A stretch of 63,886 nucleotides of DNA, counting the filler. It is 7 parts of 7 records of this genome, joined end to end, with 100 filler letters (N's around TTAATTAATTAA, not from the genome) between each part and the next. Parts side by side here need not be neighbours in the genome. Positions count along the whole stretch, not along the records: positions 39,818 to 44,885 come from SRR31156797_20183; positions 44,986 to 52,047 come from SRR31156797_20211; positions 52,148 to 57,350 come from SRR31156797_20213; 4 more parts are not named here. The stretch is one strand, 5' to 3'. Each line of letters opens with the position of its first letter. Within the stretch, counting starts at the first letter, position 1. Positions 44,366 through 54,961 of the stretch are shown here, one piece after another. Under the pieces are notes generated by a model, which was not told the DNA's origin, did not search any database, and saw only the letters and a program-made list of their open reading frames with translations. The translations under genes were made by a program, and so were the position numbers.

Positions 44366-44884
44366 TTATGCTAATTCCATTCCTTTCAGAAAGGCTTCTT
44401 CATTCAATTTATGGAAAGCTTTATTTTTAATGATCAGGGGCAATGCCTGAAGTACGTATTCTTTGGACAAGATACCGCGTACTTTTGCGTAGGCACCCAG
44501 CATGACCATGTTCGCTGCTTTGGTTGATCCGAGTTTATCGGCTTCTTCTGTTGCATTGATACCAATAATAGTCACATCTTTTCGTGCCGGTGGCGTATCG
44601 ATCAAACCGCTGTCATAAAGAATAACCCCGCCGGGTTGAACAAGCTCTTCGAACTTATTCATGGAGGGTTTATTCATGGCAACCAGAACCGTAGGATTGT
44701 CGATCATGGGTGATGGTATGCGTTTATTGGATACTTTGACCGAACAGTTGGCGGTACCACCACGCATTTCGGGACCGTAGCTTGGTAACCAGCTGACCTT
44801 GTAATTATGTCCCATGGCAATATTGGCCAAAGCATAACCCAGACTTAGAACACCTTGTCCGCCAAATCCGGCGATCTTGATCTC
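44366..44884 (-). CDS. 2-oxoacid:ferredoxin oxidoreductase gamma subunit/domain, 5' truncated
   Basis: EIKIAGFGGQGVL, WLPSYGPEMRGGTANC, ANMVMLGA. Confidence 0.92.
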   Translation of the reverse strand, partial: EIKIAGFGGQGVLSLGYALANIAMGHNYKVSWLPSYGPEMRGGTANCSVKVSNKRIPSPMIDNPTVLVAMNKPSMNKFEELVQPGGVILYDSGLIDTPPARKDVTIIGINATEEADKLGSTKAANMVMLGAYAKVRGILSKEYVLQALPLIIKNKAFHKLNEEAFLKGMELA

Positions 44885-44885
44885 A

Positions 44886-44985
44886 NNNNNNNNNNNNNNN
44901 NNNNNNNNNNNNNNNNNNNNNNNNNNNNNTTAATTAATTAANNNNNNNNNNNNNNNNNNNNNNNNNNNNNNNNNNNNNNNNNNNN
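44886..44985. other. artificial contig spacer
   Basis: N44-TTAATTAATTAA-N44. Confidence 0.98.
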
Positions 44986-45354
44986 AGAACTCTGCCAGCA
45001 TTTGGTATCAAAAAGAATGAACCAATTGGATGCAAGGTCACACTCAGGTCTGAGGGTGCACAGGAGTTCCTTAAGACCGCACTTGGTATTGTAGAGAGCA
45101 ATCTTAGATCATCCCAGTTCGATAAATACGGGAATGTTGCTTTTGGTATTGAAGAGCACACAGATTTCCCGGGAATGAAGTACGATCCAAACATCGGTAT
45201 TTTTGGAATGGATATCAATGTGGTTGTCAACCGTGCAGGTTACAGGATCAGTAAGAGAAGGATTGTCAAGAGGAAGATCCCAACATCTCACAGGATCACA
45301 AAAGAGGATACAATTGCTTTCTTCAAAGACACATATTCCGTGGAGGTAATATAA
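44986..45354 (+). CDS. rpl5: archaeal 50S ribosomal protein uL5, 5' truncated
   Basis: [21 protein letters not shown]...[32 protein letters not shown]; absent from ORF track. Confidence 0.95.
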   Translation, partial: RTLPAFGIKKNEPIGCKVTLRSEGAQEFLKTALGIVESNLRSSQFDKYGNVAFGIEEHTDFPGMKYDPNIGIFGMDINVVVNRAGYRISKRRIVKRKIPTSHRITKEDTIAFFKDTYSVEVI

Positions 45355-45507
45355 ATGGTACAAACCACAAAGAGCTTTGGAAGAGGGGCAAGTGAATGTA
45401 AGAGATGTGGAAGAAAACAGGGTCTTGTAAGGAAATATGGAATTTACCTTTGCAGACACTGCTTCCGTGAAGTTGCCCACGACATGGGATTTGAAAAGTA
45501 TGCGTGA
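45355..45507 (+). CDS. rps14: 30S ribosomal protein uS14 (zinc-binding)
   Basis: [50 protein letters not shown]; below ORF-track cutoff. Confidence 0.95.
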   Translation: MVQTTKSFGRGASECKRCGRKQGLVRKYGIYLCRHCFREVAHDMGFEKYA

Positions 45508-45517
45508 GGTGTAAGAA

Positions 45518-45910
45518 ATGGTATTATTAGATCCGCTTGCTGACGCTTTGTCTACAATAAAGAACGCAGAAGCAATTGGTAAAGATTCCTGTATTATCAA
45601 ACCCGCATCTAAACTTATCGGCACCGTACTGAAGGTCATGCAGGACCGTGGATACGTCGGTGAATTCGAGTTTGTCGAAGATGGTAAGGCGGGAGTTTAC
45701 AAGGTAGAACTTATAGGTAGGATCAACAAATGTGGTGCTATCAAGCCACGTTATTCAGTAGGCGCTGCTGACTTTGAAAGATGGGAAAAGCAGTTCCTTC
45801 CTGCAAAGAACTTTGGAACACTGATACTTACAACATCAAATGGTGTAATATCACAGTACGAGGCTCGTGAGAATAACGTAGGTGGACAGTTACTTGCATA
45901 TGTGTACTGA
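45518..45910 (+). CDS. rps8: 30S ribosomal protein uS8
   Basis: [14 protein letters not shown]...[12 protein letters not shown]...GGQLLAYVY. Confidence 0.97.
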   Translation: MVLLDPLADALSTIKNAEAIGKDSCIIKPASKLIGTVLKVMQDRGYVGEFEFVEDGKAGVYKVELIGRINKCGAIKPRYSVGAADFERWEKQFLPAKNFGTLILTTSNGVISQYEARENNVGGQLLAYVY

Positions 45911-45925
45911 TGGATGTGATGTCAC

Positions 45926-46459
45926 ATGGCAAAAGAAATAAAGAAAACAATCGCGATCCCCGAAGGTGTTACCGTAACATTCGATGCTCAGGTTCTGACA
46001 GTAACAGGTCCAAAAGGCAAGAATGAAAGGAATTTCTGGTACCCTGGCATCATGCTCAATGTTGAAGGTTCAGAGATCATTGTTGACTCAACAGTCTTAA
46101 AGAAGACTCAGAAAGCAATGGTTGGTACCTTTTCATCCCATATCGCTAACATGATTAAGGGTGTCACCGAGGGATTCGAATATCGCATGAAGGTCGTTTA
46201 CTCTCACTTCCCTATGCAGCTTAAGGTTGAAGGGGACAAGTTGGTTATCGGCAATTTCCTTGGAGAGAAAAAACCAAGGACAGCTAACATCCTTGGTGAG
46301 TCCAAAGTGAAGGCTTCAGGTGACGAAGTTGTTGTAACCGGTATCAATAAAGAGGATGTCGGACAGACAGCAGCTAACATCGAGCAGGCAACAAGGATCA
46401 AGAGATTCGACCCGCGTGTATTCCAGGATGGAATATACACTGTGGAGAAGATAGTGTAG
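45926..46459 (+). CDS. rpl6: 50S ribosomal protein uL6
   Basis: [21 protein letters not shown]...[10 protein letters not shown]. Confidence 0.97.
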   Translation: MAKEIKKTIAIPEGVTVTFDAQVLTVTGPKGKNERNFWYPGIMLNVEGSEIIVDSTVLKKTQKAMVGTFSSHIANMIKGVTEGFEYRMKVVYSHFPMQLKVEGDKLVIGNFLGEKKPRTANILGESKVKASGDEVVVTGINKEDVGQTAANIEQATRIKRFDPRVFQDGIYTVEKIV

Positions 46460-46468
46460 GTGATTTGA

Positions 46469-46858
46469 ATGGATGATAAAATTAAACGCCTTTTTAAGGT
46501 AAGGAAAGTCCAGAAAAGCAAAAAACCTGCTTTCAAGAGAACAGAAAGCCACAAGTACAAGCGTCTGGATTCCAACTGGAGACGTCCAAGAGGTCTTCAG
46601 GGTAAACAACGTAAGGGTATCAAGGCCAAGGGTGCTGTCGCACAGGTCGGCTATGGAAGTCCAACCGCTGTAAAAGGTTTACACCCATCCGGATACGCAG
46701 AAGTCCTTGTTTGCACAGTTTCCCAGCTTGACACTGTCAATGCAGAAGTAGAGGCTGTCAGGATAGCTGCAAAGGTCGGTGGAAGAAAGAAGGCCATCAT
46801 AGAGGCAAAGGCGGCAGAGCTTTCCATAAAGGTCCTCAACCCAACAAGAGGTGAATAA
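46469..46858 (+). CDS. rpl32e: 50S ribosomal protein eL32
   Basis: [19 protein letters not shown]. Confidence 0.96.
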   Translation: MDDKIKRLFKVRKVQKSKKPAFKRTESHKYKRLDSNWRRPRGLQGKQRKGIKAKGAVAQVGYGSPTAVKGLHPSGYAEVLVCTVSQLDTVNAEVEAVRIAAKVGGRKKAIIEAKAAELSIKVLNPTRGE

Positions 46859-46859
46859 G

Positions 46860-47318
46860 ATGACCGATCTGACAAACCAGAAGAGGATTGCTGCAGCAGT
46901 TCTGGACTGTGGGGTCAACAGAGTATGGCTCGACCCGGAAGCTGCAGATGACATCGCAGTGGCTATTACTAGGGCTGACATTCGTGAGCTCGTTGAAGCT
47001 GGTAGTATCAAGGCTATTCCTGTAAAGGGAGTAAGTCGTGGACGCGCAAGAGAAAGAGATGCCAAGCGTAAGTATGGTCACCGTAAGGGACATGGAAAGA
47101 GAAAAGGTAAGAAGGGCGCACGTAATCCCCGTAAAGAGCAGTGGATGAAGAAGATCCGTGCTCTGAGAAAGGAACTTAAACAGATGCGTGAAGATGGCTC
47201 ATTGGACAGGGCAACCTATTGTAAGGTTTACCGCAAGGCAAAGGGTGGAGAATACCGCAGTGTAGCTCACCTTAAGTCACACCTTGAGTCAGAGAAGCTC
47301 ATTAAGCACGAGGAATAA
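46860..47318 (+). CDS. rpl19e: 50S ribosomal protein eL19
   Basis: [32 protein letters not shown]. Confidence 0.96.
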   Translation: MTDLTNQKRIAAAVLDCGVNRVWLDPEAADDIAVAITRADIRELVEAGSIKAIPVKGVSRGRARERDAKRKYGHRKGHGKRKGKKGARNPRKEQWMKKIRALRKELKQMREDGSLDRATYCKVYRKAKGGEYRSVAHLKSHLESEKLIKHEE

Positions 47319-47320
47319 TC

Positions 47321-47842
47321 ATGGCAACAGGACCCAGATATAAAGTCGCATTCAGGCGACGAAGAGAAGGGCGTACTGATTATCACCAGAGACTAAGGTT
47401 ACTTCTTTCAAAGGAAGACCGTGTGGTAGTACGCAAGAGCTCAAGGCACATGCAGGTCCAGCTTGTAGCTCCAAAACCTGAAGGAGATGTAACTCTTTCA
47501 GCTGCAGTTTCAACAGAACTTAAAAAATACGGATACGACGCACCAACAGGAAACACAACAGCAGCGTATCTTACAGGTCTGTTATTCGGTTACAGAGCAC
47601 TGAGCAAGGGATTGGATTACGGCGTTCTTGATATAGGACTCCAGGCATCATCTCCCGGATCACGTGTATATGCAACCCTTAAAGGCATCATAGATGCTGG
47701 TTTCGAGATTCCTCATGACTCATCTGTTCTTCCTTCAGATGAGAGAGTAAGAGGAGAACACGTAGCAGAGTACATGGAAGACTCAAATCTGCCTGAACTG
47801 TTTGATACAGTAAAGGAAAAGATCTCTGCGGAGTTCAACTAG
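47321..47842 (+). CDS. rpl18: 50S ribosomal protein uL18
   Basis: [26 protein letters not shown]. Confidence 0.96.
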   Translation: MATGPRYKVAFRRRREGRTDYHQRLRLLLSKEDRVVVRKSSRHMQVQLVAPKPEGDVTLSAAVSTELKKYGYDAPTGNTTAAYLTGLLFGYRALSKGLDYGVLDIGLQASSPGSRVYATLKGIIDAGFEIPHDSSVLPSDERVRGEHVAEYMEDSNLPELFDTVKEKISAEFN

Positions 47843-47850
47843 GTGATTAC

Positions 47851-48486
47851 ATGGCATATCAATATGAAGATGAATGGGTTCCACAGACAAGACTCGGAAC
47901 ACTTGTCCAAGAAGGGCAGATCACTTCCATGGACGAAGTTATAGAGTCAGGTCTTCCAGTAAGGGAATACCAAATAATCGATATCCTTTTACCTGATCTT
48001 GAGGATGAGGTTCTTGATATCAACATGGTCCAGAGGATGACTGACTCCGGACGTCGTGTTAAGTTCAGAGCAACCGTCATTGTCGGTAACGGCAATGGTT
48101 TTGTTGGTCTTGGACAGGCAAAGGACGTTCAGGTAGGACCAGCTATCAGAAAGGCTATCAGTAATGCAAAGATAAGCATTATCAAGGTAAAACGTGGATG
48201 CGGCTCATGGGAATGCGCTTGCGGTCTTGAGCACACAGTGCCTTCACAGGTACGTGGCAAGGTCGGCAGTGTTCTTGTAGAGCTTAAACCTGCACCACGT
48301 GGACTTGGTCTTGCTGCCGGGGACACTGCAAGGAAAGTACTCGAGAAGGCAGGTATCAAGGATGTCTGGACAAGGACAGAAGGTACCACAAGGACAACCC
48401 TTAACTTCGCAAAGGCTACATTCCAGGCACTTGAGAACACTAGTGTTGTAAGAATGCCTGCAAACCTGGAGAACAAGGAGGCTTAA
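47851..48486 (+). CDS. rps5: 30S ribosomal protein uS5
   Basis: [32 protein letters not shown]. Confidence 0.97.
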   Translation: MAYQYEDEWVPQTRLGTLVQEGQITSMDEVIESGLPVREYQIIDILLPDLEDEVLDINMVQRMTDSGRRVKFRATVIVGNGNGFVGLGQAKDVQVGPAIRKAISNAKISIIKVKRGCGSWECACGLEHTVPSQVRGKVGSVLVELKPAPRGLGLAAGDTARKVLEKAGIKDVWTRTEGTTRTTLNFAKATFQALENTSVVRMPANLENKEA

Positions 48487-48487
48487 G

Positions 48488-48949
48488 ATGTACGCTTTGG
48501 TCAGAGTACGTGGAGATGTAAACGTCAGGGGTACCATCAAGGATACTCTTAAGATGCTTCGTCTGCACAAAGTAAACCACTGTGTCATCCTTGCTGACAA
48601 TCCTAATAATGCAGGAATGATCCAGAAGGTAAAGGACTATGTGGCATACGGCGTCATTGATGCTGACTCACTCGCAGAAATGCTCACAAACCGTGGCAGA
48701 CTTGAAGGCGATGTAAGACTTACTGAGGAATACGTAGTTGAGAATACAGACTATGATTCCATCAAGGCTCTTGCAGAGGCTGTCTGTGAAGGCAACGCAA
48801 CCCTGAAAGCTGTTCCAAAGCTCAAGCCGGTATTCAGGCTCCATCCTCCAAGGAAGGGTCACTCCGGCATGAAGAGAACGGTCCAGCAGGGCGGTGTACT
48901 TGGTAACCACGGCGAGGACATCAACAAACTTTTGAAGAAGATGAGGTGA
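48488..48949 (+). CDS. rpl30: 50S ribosomal protein uL30
   Basis: [23 protein letters not shown]. Confidence 0.96.
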   Translation: MYALVRVRGDVNVRGTIKDTLKMLRLHKVNHCVILADNPNNAGMIQKVKDYVAYGVIDADSLAEMLTNRGRLEGDVRLTEEYVVENTDYDSIKALAEAVCEGNATLKAVPKLKPVFRLHPPRKGHSGMKRTVQQGGVLGNHGEDINKLLKKMR

Positions 48950-48954
48950 TCTCA

Positions 48955-49398
48955 ATGACATCAAAGAAAACCAACACAAAAAAGTTCAGAGGTTCACGCA
49001 CATGTGGTGGCGGTACAACTAAGAACAGACGTGGAGCAGGTAACCGTGGTGGTAGAGGTAGAAGTGGTGAGAACAAGCACCATTTTTCCCGTGCAACACT
49101 ACTCGGATATTGCCGTGGGCACCAGAGAGGGTTCACACGTCCGTTGAAGGTCCTTAACGATGTTTCCATCGTGAACGTCGGGGAACTCGATGAACTTGCA
49201 GATCAGCTTGTTGATGACGGTTTTGCAGAACTTCAGGATGACACTTATGTCATCGACCTTGCTGTCCTTGATATCGATAAGGTACTTGGGTCCGGTAAGG
49301 TCTCCAAGAAGCTTTCTATCACAGCAGCTGAATTCTCTGCCAGCGCAAAGGATAAAATCGAAAGTGCAGGAGGATCCTGCACTGAGATAGAAGAGTAA
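48955..49398 (+). CDS. rpl15: 50S ribosomal protein uL15
   Basis: RGSRTCGGG....[30 protein letters not shown]. Confidence 0.96.
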   Translation: MTSKKTNTKKFRGSRTCGGGTTKNRRGAGNRGGRGRSGENKHHFSRATLLGYCRGHQRGFTRPLKVLNDVSIVNVGELDELADQLVDDGFAELQDDTYVIDLAVLDIDKVLGSGKVSKKLSITAAEFSASAKDKIESAGGSCTEIEE

Positions 49399-49529
49399 TG
49401 CCATCTGGCATTACCTGTTTTATTTTATTTTTGTGCAATTTTAGGATATATATTTATTAATGTGTAAATCTATTAAGGTGTACTTTACCTAATAATTGCA
49501 TGGATTTTTCCATTCAAAGGGTGGAATTA

Positions 49530-51008
49530 ATGAGTCTTAAGGATAGTTTGGAACCAATTTTTAATAAATTGCCTGCGGTTGCAAGTCCGGAGGGGCACGT
49601 CCATTTTAAAAATAAGTTAATGTGGACACTTGGAATTCTTGTGCTCTATTTCGCGCTTGCTAATGTACCGCTGTTTGGATTGTCAGCGGATTCGATCGAT
49701 CTTTTCGAATCCTATAGAGCATTTTTTGCCGGAGCTTCGGGTTCTCTGATGCTTCTGGGTATCGGTCCTATTGTTACCGCATCCATTGTCCTTCAGCTAC
49801 TGGTCGGTGCTGATGTAATTAAGCTCGACATGTCCAATCCGTCAGACCAGGCGTTCTTCCAGGGCGCACAGAAGTTTATGGTCTTTGTAATGATAGTACT
49901 TGAGGCTCTGCCACAGATAGCTGGTGGTTATATTCAGCCGGATGCAGTTCTCGCACAAACTTTAGGTGTTAATACCGGAGTTATCACACTTATCATCTTC
50001 ATACAGATATGCATCGGCGGTGTATTGGTACTCTTCATGGATGAAGTAGTTTCAAAATGGGGTATCGGTTCAGGTGTCGGTCTTTTCATCGTTGCTGGTG
50101 TTTCCCAGCAGATTGTAACCGGTCTGTTTAACTGGACATCTGATTCATCAGGTCTTCCAACCGGTTTCTTCCCTAAATGGATTTACATCCTGCAGAATGT
50201 GGAAGCAGATTTCCTGTTCTCAGGCGATGGTATAATGTTCATGTTGATTACAGGTGGAATTCTTGCACTGGTAAGTACAGTGGTCATATTCCTGCTTGTT
50301 GTATATGTGGAAAGTACCCGTATCGAAATTCCTCTGGCACACAGTGCAGTAAGAGGAGCAAGGGGTAAATTCCCTGTAAAGCTTATTTATGCTTCAGTCC
50401 TGCCAATGATTCTTGTTAGGGCATTGCAGGCAAATATCCAGATGGTAGGTCTTCTGCTCAGCGGCAGGGGTATCACGTTCCTTGGTGAATTTAGCGGTTC
50501 GACACCTATCAATGGTATTATGTATTACTTAGCTCCTATCCACAGTCCATATGACTGGATACCTTCCCTTGTAAGGGAGTCGTTCACAGGTTATGGTGCT
50601 GCTGTACCTGCCCTCTGGCAGATCGGATTACATGTCCTGGTGGATGCAGTATTCCTTATTGTAGGAGGTATTATCTTTGCTCTGTTCTGGATTGAAACAA
50701 CAGGAATGGGTGCAAAGCCAACAGCTAAGAAAATATTTAACTCCGGTATGCAGATACCGGGCTTTAGAAGGAACATCGGAAGTATTGAGAAGGTTATGAT
50801 GAGATACATACCAAAAGTAACAATAATTGGCGGTGCTTTCATTGGTGCATTGACACTTGTTGCAAGTCTGCTTGGTACCCTTGGAGGTGCAGGTGGTACT
50901 GGTCTTCTGCTTACGGTAAGTATTGTATATCGTCTGTATGAGGATATAGCATCCGAACAGATGATGGAGATGCATCCAATGATGAGGTCCTTCTTCGGAA
51001 AGGAATAA
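49530..51008 (+). CDS. secY: preprotein translocase SecY (archaeal)
   Basis: LGIGPIVTASIVLQLL, SKWGIGSG, PVKLIYAS..P, MQIPGFR, GTGLLLTV. Confidence 0.97.
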   Translation: MSLKDSLEPIFNKLPAVASPEGHVHFKNKLMWTLGILVLYFALANVPLFGLSADSIDLFESYRAFFAGASGSLMLLGIGPIVTASIVLQLLVGADVIKLDMSNPSDQAFFQGAQKFMVFVMIVLEALPQIAGGYIQPDAVLAQTLGVNTGVITLIIFIQICIGGVLVLFMDEVVSKWGIGSGVGLFIVAGVSQQIVTGLFNWTSDSSGLPTGFFPKWIYILQNVEADFLFSGDGIMFMLITGGILALVSTVVIFLLVVYVESTRIEIPLAHSAVRGARGKFPVKLIYASVLPMILVRALQANIQMVGLLLSGRGITFLGEFSGSTPINGIMYYLAPIHSPYDWIPSLVRESFTGYGAAVPALWQIGLHVLVDAVFLIVGGIIFALFWIETTGMGAKPTAKKIFNSGMQIPGFRRNIGSIEKVMMRYIPKVTIIGGAFIGALTLVASLLGTLGGAGGTGLLLTVSIVYRLYEDIASEQMMEMHPMMRSFFGKE

Positions 51009-51018
51009 GGTGTTAATC

Positions 51019-51666
51019 ATGAATATTGCATTATTTGGCCCACCGGGTGCCGGCAAAGGCACCCAGGCAAAGGAATTATCAAAACATTACGATATCCCTC
51101 ATATATCCACAGGTGACATATTAAGGGCAAACGTCCGTGATGGAACCGAGCTTGGATTAAAGGCAAAACAGTACATGGACAAAGGTGAACTTGTCCCTGA
51201 TGAGGTACTCATTGGTCTTATCAGGAACAGGCTTACAGAGTCTGACTGTGAGAAGGGTTACCTTCTTGATGGTTATCCAAGAACCATTCCGCAGGCAGAT
51301 GCCCTTACTGATATCCTTAAAGAGATCAGCAAACCCCTTGATTCAGTCATAAACATCGAGGTTAGCGATGAGGAGCTTGTAAAAAGGCTCAGTGGACGTC
51401 GCAGTTGCACATGTGGTGAAAGCTATCATGTTATGTTTAACCCTCCTGTGAAGGAAGGAGTTTGTAATGCATGCAGTGCTGAACTTTACCAGAGAGATGA
51501 TGACAAGGAAGAAGTTATACGCCAGAGACTTGCTGTCTATAACGAGAAGACAAAGCCCTTGATTGACTACTATGGCAATGCAGGTCTTCTTGTGAATGTA
51601 GATGGTAGAGGTGCTGTTGACATTGTTCTTGCTGATGTCTGCAAGGTAATGGACCAGTTCAAATAA
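51019..51666 (+). CDS. adk: adenylate kinase (bacterial-type, zinc lid)
   Basis: GPPGAGKGTQA, HISTGDILR, LDGYPRT, CTC...CNAC lid, QRDDD. Confidence 0.96.
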   Translation: MNIALFGPPGAGKGTQAKELSKHYDIPHISTGDILRANVRDGTELGLKAKQYMDKGELVPDEVLIGLIRNRLTESDCEKGYLLDGYPRTIPQADALTDILKEISKPLDSVINIEVSDEELVKRLSGRRSCTCGESYHVMFNPPVKEGVCNACSAELYQRDDDKEEVIRQRLAVYNEKTKPLIDYYGNAGLLVNVDGRGAVDIVLADVCKVMDQFK

Positions 51667-51690
51667 AAAACCCAAATAAGAGGCTATCCC

Positions 51691-52047
51691 TTGGTTTCAG
51701 AACAATTCAAGAAAAAGCTGGATCAATTCTTACTGGCTTTCGGTATTTCCCTTATGATAGGGATCATGGTTTTAGGCCAGGACTTCAGAGATAATCTCGG
51801 AAAGTCCGTTAGCCTCATCATGGACCCGGTAGTAACACTACTGGGTGCAAGCAATTTCCATGTAGTACTTTTCATTATGGCATCTGTAACTGCACTTTAT
51901 GCTTCCCTCATCCAGAAATATACTATCGACTGGGAACTGATGCGTGGTACGCAGGAAAAAATGAAGGCATTCCAGAAAGAGTTCAGGGAGGCCCAGCTTT
52001 CCAACAATACCGCTCTTATGAAGAAGATGGAAGAAGAGCGCAAGGAC
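51691..52047 (+). CDS. DUF106 (EMC3/TMCO1/Oxa1 superfamily) membrane protein, 3' truncated
   Basis: TM followed by IDWE.M...QEKMKAFQKEFREA coiled coil; conserved position after secY-adk. Confidence 0.85.
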
Positions 52048-52147
52048 NNNNNNNNNNNNNNNNNNNNNNNNNNNNNNNNNNNNNNNNNNNNTTAATTAAT
52101 TAANNNNNNNNNNNNNNNNNNNNNNNNNNNNNNNNNNNNNNNNNNNN
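52048..52147. other. artificial contig spacer
   Basis: N44-TTAATTAATTAA-N44. Confidence 0.98.
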
Positions 52148-52148
52148 T

Positions 52149-52361
52149 AATGCTTCAGGCACCTTCAGTGATACAGGACAAGAAGTGGTGTACGTATATA
52201 ACACTAAAGCGCATAATCCTAAGAACAATGGTAATTCAAATAATCATTTACCAAAAACTGGACAACAGATTAAAGGACAACTGATTTTAAGTAGTGTCGG
52301 AGCTTTGTTAGTCACACTCGTATTTGTAGCAATTAAAAAACGTAAAAGAAGTAATCGATAA
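52149..52361 (+). CDS. C-terminus of a MucBP-like, LPXTG-anchored surface protein (5' truncated)
   Basis: NASGTFSDTGQEVVYVY...LPKTG, hydrophobic segment, KKRKR tail; not in ORF track. Confidence 0.88.
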   Translation, partial: NASGTFSDTGQEVVYVYNTKAHNPKNNGNSNNHLPKTGQQIKGQLILSSVGALLVTLVFVAIKKRKRSNR

Positions 52362-52368
52362 GAGGAAG

Positions 52369-52409
52369 AAAGAGTGTTCAGAAAATGATCGTTTCTGGAC
52401 ACTCTTTTT
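52369..52409. repeat. hairpin repeat/terminator, copy 1
   Basis: AAAGAGTGTTCAGAAA-N7-TTTCTGGACACTCTTTTT. Confidence 0.75.
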
Positions 52410-52934
52410 GAATCAAATTTCTAATAATACTATTCGATATTGTGTATAGAAACCTACAATGAAATCTATGTCTAGATAAAATAGGAGTCGCTAAATATAA
52501 GAATAATTCATTTAAGGAATTGCAAACTTTAAAGTTCTTGATTCATTAATGTTTCACCTGTTTTTCATTTTTGATTAGGCTCTTTTTATTATGTTCATTT
52601 AAGCTAACGGTATAATTTTTTTGGAGGCTGATTTTTCATTGATAATTAAAATTTATTTATTGTGAATGATTATAAAAAGTTCTGAAAATACTAAAATAAT
52701 AAAGGGAGTTTGTCAAATAATATAGAGAAGATAGCTCATTAATCAATCTGAAAAACACCTCTAGGCTAGAGATATAGCTTAGAGGTATTTTTATGACTAA
52801 TTATGGTAAGATTATTAAATAAAAGTTGTCTTCATTTCAAATCGCATCGAATCCTCAAGTGGGGGAGATTAGTGAATGAAAAGGTCCATTTGGGGTGAGC
52901 TAATCTTTACAAGAAAAGAAGATTGATTTAGATA

Positions 52935-54143
52935 ATGAAAGAACGGGGAGAAGAAATGAAAAAGAAACATAAAGTGATACAAATGTTGGGTGGGGCTACA
53001 CTCTTATACATCTTAGCGGTCCTGTTTATAGGTGGCGCAACACTATTGCTGTTCAAAAATCTTACCTTTTTGATTGAGCCAGTAGTTAAAGTATTTCAGG
53101 TGGTTCTTCCTCCGTTAACTATGACGCTCGTTTTATATTTTGTACTTAAACCAGTTGTAAAGTTTTTGGTAGGGCTAGGACTTTCAAAAGTACTGAGTAT
53201 TATTATTACATTATGCACACTTACTGCTGCCTTCATCTTGTCAACTGCCCTCGCACTGCCGTTACTTATCCAACAATTTGAACGATTGATCGAAAACTTC
53301 CCAAATTATTTGATTGAAGCTGAACGAGTAATAGAAACTTTTATACAAAATACTAGATATGAACAAGCATATCATGAGGGACTCGAGGTTCTGGCGAATT
53401 GGATAAATCAAGTTTCTAATAATGTGGGCGTATATCTGGGCAATATTATTTTCGGTGCTTCACAAGTGTTTTCAACGATTACCCATGTCCTATTGTTGTT
53501 ATTGACAGTGCCGATCATCACGTTCTTTTTATTGAAAAATGACCGTCAATTTGTAGAGTATTCTTTAGGTATCTTCCCCCCTAGATTACGTCATGAAGTC
53601 AAAGAAATCATTCGGACAATGGAAAATCAGGTGGGCGCCTATCTAAAGGGCCAACTAGTCGTTTGTGTGATCATAGGAACATTGACTTTTATTGGCTTCT
53701 TAATTATCGACATGCCTTTTTCTGGAAGCTTAGCATTTCTTGTTGGCGCAACAGCTATCGTTCCTTATATCGGACCGGTTGTCGCCTTTTTCCCTTGTGC
53801 AATCATTGCAATCATGACGTCTCCTACGATGTTCATTCAGTTGTGCATTGTCTGGATCGTTGTTCAATTATTAAATGGGGAGCTGATCGAACCTCAGGTC
53901 ATGGGAAAACATATGGTGATCCATCCAGTAACAATTATTTTTGTGCTATGGATAATGGGTGAACTTTTCGGCATGTTTGGGTTGATTTTCGGTATACCAC
54001 TTTATGCAATCGTGAAAGTGTTAGTGGTGTTTGGGTTTCGAAAATTTAAGCAGCGATACAATCGCATATATGCGGAAGATGTTCCTTATGAAGAAACTGA
54101 ATTTAGTTTAGAATCATACACTAAGAAAAGCAGCCATGGTTAA
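52935..54143 (+). CDS. AI-2E family transporter (UPF0118)
   Basis: Multi-TM; YLKGQ, IVPYIGP, IEPQVMGK...IHP, G.FGLIFGIP. Confidence 0.92.
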   Translation: MKERGEEMKKKHKVIQMLGGATLLYILAVLFIGGATLLLFKNLTFLIEPVVKVFQVVLPPLTMTLVLYFVLKPVVKFLVGLGLSKVLSIIITLCTLTAAFILSTALALPLLIQQFERLIENFPNYLIEAERVIETFIQNTRYEQAYHEGLEVLANWINQVSNNVGVYLGNIIFGASQVFSTITHVLLLLLTVPIITFFLLKNDRQFVEYSLGIFPPRLRHEVKEIIRTMENQVGAYLKGQLVVCVIIGTLTFIGFLIIDMPFSGSLAFLVGATAIVPYIGPVVAFFPCAIIAIMTSPTMFIQLCIVWIVVQLLNGELIEPQVMGKHMVIHPVTIIFVLWIMGELFGMFGLIFGIPLYAIVKVLVVFGFRKFKQRYNRIYAEDVPYEETEFSLESYTKKSSHG

Positions 54144-54465
54144 CGAGGGAAACCTGTTGAACAAATGAATTCAAGTACGCATGTCCTGCTCAAATTGATC
54201 GTTTGAGTTAAATCATTTGCTTTGATAGTGAAAGAAAGAATTTTAATACATAGAGTGCTTGGAAATATCTATTTTCTGAGTACTCTATTTTTAGTTTGGG
54301 CCGATGAATTTCCGATAATTAAGTTTTCCAGTGTCAGAAATTCATTGGATCATGACTCCTTTTTAGCCATTCCAATAACTTGTCGTTTTTCTACGAAAGA
54401 GGCTGCTTGACTAAGCAGGAATCAACGCACAACAATGATAAGCGCCAGATGGATAGACTACCTAT

Positions 54466-54510
54466 TTGACATCTGATTTCCCAAATGATATAGTTTCCAA
54501 ATAGAAATCA
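54466..54510 (+). promoter_or_regulatory. sigmaA promoter of marR-uvrA with probable MarR operator
   Basis: TTGACA (54466)-17-TATAGT (54489) with extended TG; TGATTTC (54474) ... GAAATCA (54504) inverted pair. Confidence 0.7.
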
Positions 54511-54529
54511 ATTTGAGGGGAAGTTTTCA

Positions 54530-54961
54530 ATGAATAATTTAGAAGAGGTATTAGTAAACTTACAATGTGAATTGGTGGCGGAAAGAACCAGACTAAATCC
54601 TAAAACAATTAGTTGGCTTCAATATGATATTTTAAATATTCTAAATTCTGAAACTGAGATGCGCCCGTCAAAAATGAGTGTTTTGCTAGGAATTAGTAGG
54701 ACAAAACTTTCAAAGGCGTTAAAAGAGCTAAAATTAATGAATTATATTCAACAGAAACCCAATGATGCAGATGGTCGAGAACTACTCACTTTTTTGACAA
54801 TAGAGGGAAGTCATTTATTAACAACTATTGATAATGGACATACGCACTTATCTGAAATCGCAAATGCAGTTTTTAATCGGAAGGAAAAAGAGCAGTTCGC
54901 TGAACTAGCAAAGAAATATTTAGAAGCGCTTAAAACGGAAAGGCTGAGGTATGATGAATGA
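54530..54961 (+). CDS. MarR-family transcriptional regulator
   Basis: QYDIL..L, LS.ALK.L....YI......DGRE....LT..G. Confidence 0.9.
   Translation: MNNLEEVLVNLQCELVAERTRLNPKTISWLQYDILNILNSETEMRPSKMSVLLGISRTKLSKALKELKLMNYIQQKPNDADGRELLTFLTIEGSHLLTTIDNGHTHLSEIANAVFNRKEKEQFAELAKKYLEALKTERLRYDE

Noticed and set aside
51019-51666. Bacterial-type adenylate kinase in an archaeal operon as novel HGT
   Set aside because: Known feature of Methanosarcinales, at the conserved position after secY.
54222-54410. 62-aa ORF or pseudogene between AI-2E and marR
   Set aside because: No RBS, and no recognisable homology on either strand.
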